Source of the DNA: Octopus vulgaris
Taxonomy: Eukaryota
Direction: 5' to 3'
Assembly: GCA_951406725.2 (NCBI GenBank)
Contig: OX597817.1
Coordinates: 49,476,001-49,540,000, forward strand
Length of the DNA: 64,000 bases
Shown here piece after piece: positions 53,388-64,000 of the stretch. Position numbers and translations under genes: made by a program. Position 1 is the first letter of the stretch; each line of letters starts with the position of its first letter. The notes below the pieces were generated by a model that saw nothing but the letters and a program-made list of their open reading frames with translations, made no database searches and was not told the DNA's origin.

Positions 53388-54579
53388 CATGTATTATATA
53401 TTGTGAAATTTGATTTAGTATTACTAAATTGAATTTTTGTCTGTAAATTTGGAATCATATTCCCTAATATCATCATTATTATTATACATACATATATGTG
53501 TATGTATAATATGCTGTGCAGAAAAAGTTTCCCGCGTACAGTAAAGGTGTACACACACCTTCACCAACACAGTGACGCCCACTGTCGGACACCTGAATAT
53601 ATATCTGACTCGTTATGCCTTCTTCAGTAGAGGATACCAAAAGGAAATAACCTTGAACTGACTAGAAAGCCGTCGCTTTATATTAAATCATTCAATAGTA
53701 ATGACTGATTGCGTTCGAAGACCGCCTGGTCAGAACAAATAAATAAATATTAATGCGAAGCTAATTATGTGTTTGTTCTGGCCGGGTAGTCTGGGGGTTA
53801 GATCGTTAGCTCGACTAAATTCTTCAAGAAGGTGCCCCAACATGGCCGCGGTCTGATGACTGAAACAAGCAAATGAATAAATAAATAAATAAATAAATAA
53901 GACCTTGTGACATTTAGTAACGTCATACATCTTTGCCGGGGGGCAACATTCTCATTCGTATTCCTGAGGCAATTGAATCAACTATGATTCAACTATATTC
54001 TCGCTACCCGCGCAAATGTTATAATGCTAACAGTCATAATTATTGACAGTTGACAGAGTCAGACGTGCCTACCAGCTAATGTATGAACGACAAATAAAGT
54101 TTCAAATATCTTTCCCTAGAGGAGAAATATTCAACAAAACACGCTTCTCTCTAGTTACAATAAATTTTATAAAGTCAGTGAATTTATATCCGATAGAATA
54201 AATATTTTATTTTAATCAAAATCTTTCGAGGATTCCTCGACATGTCTGACTCATTCAACAGTGAATAATTATGATAATGGTTTCAAATTTTGGCACAAAA
54301 TCAGCAAATTTAGGGAAGGGGTAAGTCGATTACATTGACCCCCCCAATGTTCAACTGGTACTTATTGACCCGAAAAGGATGAAAAGCAAATCGACCTCAG
54401 AAGAATTTGAACTCAGAACGCAAAGAGGGATGAAATACCTATTTCTTTGCTACCCACAAGGGGCTAAACATAGAGAGGACAAACAAGGACAGACATACTG
54501 TTAACATACTGTTAAGCATTTTGGCCGGGATGCTAACGATTCTGTCAGCTCAGCGTCTTAGTAATTATAATCATGTCCC

Positions 54580-55021
54580 TAGCCTGTCAGATATTTTCAA
54601 GAGCAATGCATAATGGTTAGGCACACACCACAGAAGAGACGGATTCCTCTCAAGCTGTATCAGATACCCGCGGGAAAATTTTGTGCATCAAATGGAACGA
54701 CTTTATCAGCAACGAGGAAGTCAGAAGAACGGGCCATCGCCTAATATCCATCACTAGCTGTAAGCACCGACCGAGTTGGCTGGGACATATCGTAAGTCTC
54801 CTTACGAACAGACTCGCCGGCCACATCTTTCAGTGGAATCCTCAGCGGCAACAGTGCCAGGGACGTCTCGAGATGCAGTGTTACCAGACGATCGACAGGG
54901 ACCTTCAGCTGGTAAATCTACGATGGAACGATGCAGTGAGGCTGGCTGCTGACAAATCCTGTTGGATCATATTGACAGCATTATGCGCCGCCCGACATGG
55001 AGGCACCTAAGTCTAAATCTA
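54580..55021 (+). pseudogene. RTE-clade LINE 3' end
   Basis: IKWNDFISNEEVRRT..WLGHIV..WNPQRQQCQGR..AADKSCW..LCAARHGGT*, then a TAAGTCTAAATCTA tail. Confidence 0.88.
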
Positions 55022-55227
55022 TTAGAGCAAGACTAGCAGTCTAGAAAAATGATAAATGCAAGACTTGTGATACAGGAAATGAAGAACCCTTTGACCACTT
55101 ATTGCGAATCTCGACATATTCATCAACATATTTTTAATTTCCATGTTTCCTATGCCTCCAAATTCGTTTGCTTTTCATATTTTCAGAATTAATAAAATAA
55201 ATACTAGTTCAGCACTGGGTTGATGTA

Positions 55228-55452
55228 CAGTAAACCTTCGCCATATCGCGGTTCACCTATCGCGGTTCACCTATCGCGGTTTATTGTTTAAGCTTATGTC
55301 GATTCCTCTGTGGGGTTGTTTTGCATTTGTAATAAAATAAATATATACAAATTATAAAAAAATATACAGTACAGTACTGTTTCTCCTTCGCGGATTTTCA
55401 CCTATCACTGGGGTTTTGGACTGTAACACCTGTGATAGTCGAGGAATTACTG
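55228..55452. mobile_element. pogo/Tigger-like MITE with TA TSD, nested in a family A remnant
   Basis: TA|CAGTAAACCTTCG...CGAGGAATTACTG|TA with internal TCACCTATCGCGG repeats. Confidence 0.8.
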
Positions 55453-55929
55453 TAATCAACTTTTCTTTCCTCATAAAATTGCTAGCCTTGTACCGTCTGT
55501 CTTTATGGTCTGAGTTCAAATTCCGCCGAGGCCGACTTTGCATTTCGTCCTTTCGAGGTCGATAAATTAAGTACCTGTTGCGTACTGGGGTCGATCTAAT
55601 CGACTGGCCTCCTTCCCCAAAAAAGTCATGTTTCTTTCAGCATAGAAAGAAGAACTGTTTGCTTTGTATCTTTCGACCTTTTTCTCTCAAACATAGAGTA
55701 AGCTCGACCATGCATTCCTAAGCAATTCATTCTGTTGATTCCAGCTACTTAGATATTCAGAGGTTGTCCACTTTCAGACAATTTTTCAATCGGGAAAGAC
55801 ATCAACAAACCAGAGCACTATATAGATTTCGGCTTTCGGCCCCATATCGACAATGGCCTTAAATGCCATTGACGCTATAATATAATATCAACGACAATAG
55901 CAGCTACAAACAACCTTCAAAGAACAACC

Positions 55930-56170
55930 AACCTTTTGGTTCTTGCTGACACCCAGTCTCACCGAGAACGTCGTCGCTCTTGTCCACCACTAAACTTCTG
56001 TAGAACTCCACAGCGAAACTTTCCCCTATCACAGTGTTCGACTGAGAGTTGAGCACCTGACGGTACTCTATGCACCAGACGTCCTGCCTCGTTCACACTT
56101 GATCAGGTTTGCAGCTCAGTTTGATATTTCCCCTGACCAAGACGCCTATCTTGTCAGGTGCATACGCACT
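55930..56170 (-). pseudogene. possible decayed L1/Tx1-like ORF2 C-terminal fragment
   Basis: GVWCIEYRQVL..VEFYRSLVVDKSDDVLGET; resemblance from memory only. Confidence 0.3.
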
Positions 56171-56371
56171 AAATGAGTGTGCTTGTACCAAATATGCTCA
56201 TGTACACATAAAGTTTTATGTGTACATGAAATATATTTAACTCTTGCCTCTTTCTGCAATTGTAGAGGTTCAGAAAATTTATAGCGAAAGATTGAAACTT
56301 TTCTCCCAGGCTAAAACAAAAATGACATATGAATACACTAACCCAAACAACGTAGCAGAGACCATTTGATA

Positions 56372-56720
56372 ATGCTTTGTGGTATTTCGTCTACCGCTAC
56401 GTTCTGAGTTCAAATTCCGCCGAGGTCGACTTTGCCTTTCATCCTTTCGGGGGTCGATAAATTAAGTACCAGTTACGCACCGAGTCGATATAATCGACTT
56501 AATCTGTTTGTCTGTCCTTGTTTGTCCTCTCTGTGTTTAGCCCCTTGTGGGTAGTAAAGAAATAGGTATTTCGTCTGCCGCTACGTTCTGAGTTCAAACT
56601 CAGCCGAGGTCGACTTTGCATTTCATCTTTTCGGGGTCGATAAATTAAGTAACAGTTGCGTACTAGGGTCGATCTAATCGACTGGCCCCCTCACACAAAA
56701 TTTCAGGCCTATAGTAGAAG
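56372..56720 (+). mobile_element. nested/dimeric family A SINE
   Basis: Long tail ...AAAGAAATA joined to GGTATTTCGTCTGCC of a second body. Confidence 0.85.
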
Positions 56721-57729
56721 AAAAAAAAAATAGACGAGTCACAGAAGAAATAATAATTGTATCAGAACTTCATGTGGAGTTTTAAAAAATATATCGGACA
56801 TATATCTGAAAGGAACTCATGAACCTATTCTATAGTACCAAGAACAGATGCTATTTTGTAGGAATGATTGAAGCAGTTTACGCAAAACCAAGAAAACTCG
56901 TTTTTATTTAAGTGGCATAGATTTGACATCGCCTTCTTTCGAGTCCGTTTTGGAGTTAGAAGAAAACTTAACTCCTGCTACTTTTCCCTGCCCTTCTCTC
57001 CTGCTTTTAACTTCAATCATGGGTTTAAGGTTAATAGTGTAAATGTTCATATTCTCAGAGATGAAGCATTTGGAATCAGCGTCGCCTGTTACATGATCAC
57101 AGATGTTATTACCACCAGGAAAAGTTAGAGTTTCTAGAAACCCTACCCCCACCTATCATCTTGTTGAATACGATGTTTTCATCTTTTACAAGTAGACTGG
57201 ATTACAAATATGTGATTAAATTGTTAGATATCCGCTTTTTTTCTGGATCCGAAACTAGGTTTATAGCGTTGGGCGTGACTTCCAGTACTGGCGATCTATT
57301 ACAAGTGTGTGTAGGCTTAAAACATTAGACACGCTTAGTTTTACTAAAGAAGCAGCCATGGCGAGAGAAATAAGTTAGTAGACAGAGAAATTAGTAAAAG
57401 GTGGCGAGCTGGTATAATCGTTAGCATGCCAGACAAACATGCTTTATAGCATTTCTTCCGGTTTTTTTACGTTTCGAGTTCAAATTCCACCGTGGTCGAC
57501 TTTACCTTTCTGTCTTTTGGGGTCAATAAAAATAAGTAACTGTTGAGCACCGGGGTTAATGTGATCGACTTGCACCCACCATCTCCATTCCACAAAAATT
57601 TCAGGCCCTACGCCTGTAGTAGAAATCAACAAAAAGACAGGCATGTAAAAACTTGTGAGAAAAACACCGCAGTCTATTTAATAGCAAAAAAAACTTTCGG
57701 CTATTTCTTTGACACTAAACACGAAGGTT

Positions 57730-58031
57730 GTGGAGGCGCAATGGCTCAGTGGTTAGGGCAGCGGGTTCGCGGTCGGAGCATCGCGGTTTCGATTCCCAGA
57801 CCGGGCATTGTGTGTGTTTGTTGAGCGAAAACACCTGAGGCTCTGGCAGGGGGTGGCGGCGACCCCTGTTGTACTCTTTCGCCCCAACTTTCTCTCACTC
57901 TTTCTTCCTGTATCTTGAGTAACGCTGCGATGGACTGGCGTCCCGTCCAGCTGGGGAGAATACATACGCCATAGAAGCCGGGCCCATGAACCTGGCTAGG
58001 TTTGAAAAGGGCGCATAAATAAAAAACAAAA
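57730..58031 (+). mobile_element. SINE head C + tail 2 with TSD
   Basis: TAAACACG(A/T)AGGTT on both sides. Confidence 0.85.
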
Positions 58032-58568
58032 TAAACACGTAGGTTGCGCTTCATTTTTTGTTTGTTTGTTTGTTTGTTTTTGCATATGCTCACGTGACAA
58101 TAAAATCACGACAAGGTTTCGGTGGAGCCGTAACGTTTTTGCGTTGAATTCGATGTTGAAGAGCAAGCAGTGTTTCCTACCTTTTCAATCGGTGCATTTG
58201 GAGTGGTTATAAAATAGTGGTCTTCGTAGCACTCAATTAACTTTTTTCTTGTAACAAAGTAACAAAACCAGATTGTAATATATTTTTGAGCCTTCGTTAA
58301 CTTTCTCGGTTTTGTTAAAATGTTGAGACTGTCCAACCGCAATTGTCTTTTATTTGAAAAAAGGCTTCTGACTTTACAGAAACTTCCATAGTTCTCTTGG
58401 CCGGATAACTGAAGAGATGGCAGCGTGGGTTTCCGCCCCGGCATCCGAACCTCGGAGTTTTATCATGACTACCGAATAATTGTCACATGTTATATTTACA
58501 GATAAATTCCTCTATTTACATAATATCGAGGTCTCTTTCATTCTTTTGTTGTCTCACCATTTTTATCA

Positions 58569-58599
<31 letters not shown>

Positions 58600-58695
58600 A
58601 CGGGAAGCTTTATGAAAATAAACAAAAGACGAAGGCAGGTGGAATACAAACAAACAATTGTATTAGTATGGCGCTCAGGAATATAAATAAAACAA

Positions 58696-58735
58696 ATCTT
58701 TTACGTTTCGAGCCTACGCTCTTCAACAGAAAGAT
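58696..58735 (-). ncRNA. minimal hammerhead variant (U6) in a Penelope-like fragment at 58598-58792
   Basis: ATCTTT-CTGTTGA-A-GAGC gtag GCTC-GAAA-CG-TA-AAAGAT; perfect 6-bp stem I and 4-bp stem II. Confidence 0.7.
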
Positions 58736-58789
58736 ACACAGAAAAGAAACACGGAGAGAAACAAGGAGAGAGAAAAATGCGTGCAGAGG

Positions 58790-58838
<49 letters not shown>

Positions 58839-59451
58839 CAGTGTCCGTCTACCACATCCACTCACAAGGCTTTGGTCGGTCCGAAGCTATAGTAGAAGAC
58901 ACTTGCCCAAGCTTCTTACCACTTCCTGCGTCTGTTTCAATCTAGAGTTAATAATTGTTTAAGCCATCAAGTCTGCTGTGGGAGGCTTCGTCGATTCAGA
59001 CAATTCCAGTACAGGACTGGTACTCGACGATACAACACTGACAATGTGTCCAAGTATTAGATCTGCTGAACTATGTTGTATCGTTTACAATACCTCTACG
59101 CATTACAAAAGTTTAAGCCAGTTTGTTATACTTGCCTATCGCTACATTTATCTCTTAGTTATTACTTTCAGTCATTCCCATAATTGACCGAAAAGGATCG
59201 TTAAATAATGGTTGTCAGTGTTAAACTGGAATACCCTGAGGAGTTAATGATGGAATTGGATCAATTTTCAGAGTTGACGGGACTTTCTTTTTCGTACGAT
59301 TTAATTCTGTTGTTTTCGTTTTTCTTTTACAATTTAAACCTAGTTTTATTGGTTACCGACATTTTAAAGAGCCGATGTAACATTATATACTTCAGCAGCA
59401 AAACAAACATTATTTGTGTATTTAAAATTGACAAATACATGCCTATACGTA

Positions 59452-59608
<157 letters not shown>

Positions 59609-60550
59609 AAACCACTAAAAGCAGTTGTGACACTTGAGAAAAATATTAGTGTTTATACTGCGTGAGAGCTGTCTGTGACGCTGCGAATTTAGGATTATAA
59701 AATAAAAACTTTTCCGGGTTAAATGGTAGCTCTTTTATTATTTCCCCAGTTTTCATTTGAAGTGATCGACTTCTATATTTTGTCTATCTGGGTAACCGAA
59801 ATAAATAACCAAATTGATTTAAAACAGAAAACTTGTACTAAGTCAAACAAAAACCAATATAATTAGGTTGGTGAAGATATCATAAACAACTTACTACATG
59901 GTACCTAATGTATATATACATTATACAAGGTGACCCAAAAGTAGATTTACAGTTATTCAATTATTTCTTTCGCATTCATATATTAACAGTTTAGATCTTA
60001 ATTATAAAAATATAAGAAACAATTATCTAAATTAGGGGAGAGAATATTTCACTTGGCTTAAGCGCATGTCATGTAGGTTTGTGTGTGTGATTATAAGTAA
60101 AGATTGAGAAACTAATTTGGGCATTTTCCTGCTTTTTTTTTTGAGTGTGTGTGTGTTTTTTTTAGCAGAAATTACTTTATTGGTTTTATAATAGCCAGAA
60201 TATCCCACTAGGGTTTGTTTCATAATACTTCTGTATTCAATAAAATAAAGAACTTATATAAATACTTCATCATCATCAACTCCTGGATATTATGGCATCG
60301 AGTCCTTGGACTCATAGGGCCAGTTACTCGATTTCCATGACATATACGTAACCGATGCTAGAACATTCCCCTTGACCGGGACACCAGTCTCTGGTAGAGC
60401 CACCCATTTTCAGCTGAGTAAGTCCTGGAGTCGATTTGTTCGACAAAAAACCGTCCAAGCGGAGTTCCAGTATGGCTGCAGTTTAATGACTGAGACAAGT
60501 AAAAGAATAAAAAATATATGGAGATCATTATTATTATAACCCGTGTGAAA

Positions 60551-60952
60551 AGGCGGCGAGCTGGCAGAAACGTTAGCACGCCGGGCGAAATGCTTAGCGG
60601 TATTTCGTCTGCCGTTACGTTCTGAGTTCAAATTCCGCCGAGGTTGACTTTGCCTTTCATCCTTTCGGGGTCGATAAATTAAGTACCAGTTACACACTGG
60701 GGTCGATATAATCGACTAAATTCGTTTGTCTGTCCTTGTTTGTGCTCTCTGGGTTTAGCCCCTTGTGGATAGTAAAGAAATAGGTATTTTGCCGTTTCGC
60801 CCGTCGCTACGTTCTGAGTTCAAATTCCGCTGAGGTCGATTTTGCCTTTCATCCTTCCGGGGTCAATAAAATAAGTACCAGTTGAACACTGAGGTCAGTG
60901 TCATCGACTCATCCCCACCTTCTCCAAGCTGCCCTTGTGGCAAAATTTGAAA
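60551..60952 (+). mobile_element. nested/dimeric family A SINE
   Basis: Near-consensus head and long tail, junction AAGAAATA|GGTATTT at ~60782, then a second body with the short tail. Confidence 0.88.
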
Positions 60953-61469
60953 TAATTATTATAACCAGTAGTAGAAGAAAAGTCAAATTCGAAGCGAACT
61001 GAATTTGTGATCGAATCCGCTTCTAATTGAGGTCATTTCAACTCAATTCTGCTATTTCAGGAAAGACATGAATGCCGTAAATTCCCACTTTTACCATATA
61101 CCATATTAAGCCTTTATTTGACATCAAATGAAACCAGAAACAGACCAGCTTTGGAGAAAATTAAGAACGTAAGTATCTAGATCTTTTGGACACTTATATA
61201 TACAGATAAATCAGAAAAAAAAATTATCTGAAGAATTCTGACCCTGGCCCTAACCTTAACTGTAATCATAACCGTAACCCCAGATAGATGTTTATATTTG
61301 ATCTATTTGTTGCGGATTAGGATACATTTGGCCAACAAAAGGGGAAAGCGAGAATTTCCCATCACTGAAAATTGCATGTACTTGGCGTCAACCTTGATGT
61401 GGCGGTGACATTTAAGTAAATTTCTCCACTTATTTCGTCGTGTGCATGCGTGTACTTATATGGCGTTAT

Positions 61470-61503
61470 AGTACATACATACATACATACATACATACAT
61501 ACA

Positions 61504-61535
<32 letters not shown>

Positions 61536-61545
61536 CATACATGTA

Positions 61546-61579
<34 letters not shown>

Positions 61580-61742
61580 CATCCATGTATAGATAGATAT
61601 GTATGTATGAATGATGTATGTGTGTATGTATGTATATATATATATATATGTATGGATGTATGTATATATATATACATATGTATGCATGTATGTATGTATA
61701 TATATATGTATGTATGTATATATATGTATATATATATATATG

Positions 61743-61783
<41 letters not shown>

Positions 61784-61930
61784 ATATATATATGTATGTA
61801 TGTATATATATATATATGTATGTATGTATGTATATATATATATATATGTGTATATATATATATATATGTATGTATATATATATATGTATATATATATATA
61901 TGTATGTATATATGTATATATATATGTATG

Positions 61931-61990
<60 letters not shown>
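61470..61990. repeat. (TACA)n/(TA)n/(TATG)n compound microsatellite
   Basis: Read directly. Confidence 0.95.
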
Positions 61991-62382
61991 TGTATTTCTT
62001 TGTACTTATACGCACAGTGAAGTGAGGTTGCCGTGTCAAGACATTTGAGACCACAATTACCGCAGCTATGTTAACTAGACGACGAGAGATTCATAGCTTT
62101 TGTCTTTTATACGAAAATGAAATTAAAAAAAAAAAACTTTCCTGTGTCCCCTAGTGCTTCTTTGTAAAAATTCTTCACATGGGACTTTTCCAACTTTGTA
62201 TTCTGGGGGGTTATAAAACAAATTAAACTAGCAATTTCTGCTAAAGAAAAACGGGAGGAAAAATAATAAAACTGAATTACTGAACAAAATGCCCAAATTA
62301 ACGTATAACTTCTCAATCTTTACTTATAATCACACACACAAACCTACATGTCATCATATTAAGGCCAGTGAAATATCCTATT

Positions 62383-62466
<84 letters not shown>

Positions 62467-62471
<5 letters not shown>

Positions 62472-62626
62472 TTTTTTGCGTAATGAGATAAAAAAACCCA
62501 CACCGTCTCCGATGAAGGGATACTATTATTAATTAATATTCTTGAAACAGCTGTAAGACCTTCTATCTATAAATGCTCTAATATCTATACAGCCTTGGTT
62601 TTTATCTCATTACGCAAAAAATTCAT
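62467..62626 (+). mobile_element. 160-bp element with perfect 28-bp inverted ends enclosing a hammerhead
   Basis: ATGAATTTTTTGCGTAATGAGATAAAAA and its exact reverse complement ending at 62626. Confidence 0.8.
62505..62559 (+). ncRNA. minimal hammerhead variant (C4)
   Basis: GTCT-CCGATGA-AGGGATA..TATTCTT-GAA-ACAGCTGT-A-AGAC; perfect stem I, palindromic stem III. Confidence 0.7.
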
Positions 62627-63243
62627 GTATACACATGCTGACAGAACCAACGTTGAACCCTTTATTCGCAATATTACCGAATCTGGAACTTAACTATGGT
62701 CTGTCTATAGCACTTATTCAGCTTTACTTGGCACCTTTGGGTCTCAATCACACCATTATCTCTTATAACCTGAACTATATATATATATATATATGTGCAT
62801 ATGTGTGTGTGTGTAGCTGTCTATCTATCACTATCATGCACACATTAGCACCTACAGCCTTACGTATTCACACATATAATCATCATCTCATGCATGTATG
62901 GATGCTCATACACCTGGCAGTCTTCTGTATCTGGAAAGAGAAAAAGGTCTTGTAAATGCTGATTTACCGAAAAGACCTTTCGCTCTCTTCTATATGTAAG
63001 AAAAGCAATCATATTTGTTTCAGATTTTGGCACAAGGCCAGCAAGTTTGGGGAGGTTTAAGGAGCTTACATCGACCCCAGTGCTCAACTGGTACTTATTT
63101 CATCGACTCCCAAAAGGATGAAAGACAAAGTCGACCTCGGCGGAATTTGAACTCAGTACATAAAGACTGCCGAAATGCCGCAAAGGATTATTGCCCGGCG
63201 TGCTAACGATTTTGCCAGCTCGCCGACTGAATAATAAATAACA

Positions 63244-63493
63244 AATGCGCCCTTTTTAAAGCCAACCAGGCTCATGGTCCCGGTTTCCTGGTTTCCATAG
63301 CGTATGTGTTCCCCAGCTGGATGGGACGCCAGTCCATCGCAGCGTTACTCATTTTTGCCAGCTGAGCGGACTGGAGCAACGTGAAATGAAGTGTTTTGCT
63401 CAAGAACACAACGCGTCGCCCGGTCCAGGAATCGAAACCACAATCTTACGACCATGATGCTGACACCCTAACCACTAAGCCACGCGCCTCCAC
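63244..63493 (-). mobile_element. SINE head D + tail 2
   Basis: GTGGAGGCGCGTGGCTTAGTGG head with a D-type body; tail shared with 57730. Confidence 0.85.
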
Positions 63494-64000
63494 AATCATA
63501 CTGAATATTGATTTCAAATTTTTGCACAAGGCCAGCAATTTTGGGAGGGAGCATAAGTCGATTAAATCGAACCCAGTGCTCAACTGGTATTTATTTTTAT
63601 TAACCTCCAAAAGGATGAAAGGCAAAACTGACCTCGTTGAAATTTGAACTCTGAACGTAAAAACGGGCGAAATGCCGCTAAGCATTTTTTCCCGACGTGC
63701 AAACGATTCTGCCAGATCACCGCCTTCTCATCATATTGAATATAATATTATTTATAATATTTATCATATCTATTATTGATTTATCTGGATCTTTTCTGTT
63801 TGGTTACACTTTTTGAAATTCTAGAATTCAGTGAAAACTTTCAAATTTGGTGTATTGATGAATTTTTTCCGCTGAATCTCAGGGCCTAATTCTTTTGTTA
63901 CAGAAAATCTTTTAAATAAGTTTTAGACGTTTAAAGTTTGATCATTTTTACCCAGTTAGAAAACAGGATTTGGAAGCTGTCATTTTATGCGTGACTGCAG

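Noticed and set aside
53590-53635. Minus CTGAAGA-A-GGC..GTC-AGATATAT motif
   Set aside because: Lacks GAAA and stem I; too degenerate to call.
56904-57152. 82-aa non-repetitive minus-strand ORF
   Set aside because: In-frame stops just upstream, no convincing splice acceptor, no recognisable domain.
58106-58444. 112-aa minus-strand ORF with a GC-box-like start region
   Set aside because: No recognisable motif; length is compatible with chance.
59027-59085. ACGATACAACA...TGTTGTATCGT inverted repeat as a pre-miRNA
   Set aside because: Only 11 bp pair and the interior is unpaired, unlike a Drosha/Dicer hairpin.

Overview
This is AT-rich, gene-poor eukaryotic DNA, intronic or intergenic. The microsatellite load and SINE families suggest an octopod cephalopod (inference from recalled repeat sequences). 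No protein-coding gene is supported, and nearly all listed ORFs are microsatellite or SINE artefacts. The window holds long simple repeats and dozens of modular tRNA-derived SINEs. It also holds decayed LINE fragments (RTE, CR1-like, L1/Tx1-like), two decayed mariners, a Merlin-like element with an 8-bp TSD, several MITE/foldback elements, a 5S pseudogene and two tRNA-like copies. The main hidden signal is self-cleaving RNA. (1) At 52352-52841 a ~165-168 bp unit is repeated three times, each copy carrying a type I hammerhead ribozyme fold on the minus strand, a retrozyme-like architecture. (2) At 30411-31006 a palindromic element joins a tRNA-type Pol III head, an (AAT)n linker and a Penelope-type minimal hammerhead, a candidate Penelope-mobilised, ribozyme-bearing SINE. 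(3) Eight further minimal hammerhead motifs occur, several with core variants (U3, G3-C8, C4, U6). All folds were read by eye and no activity was tested.
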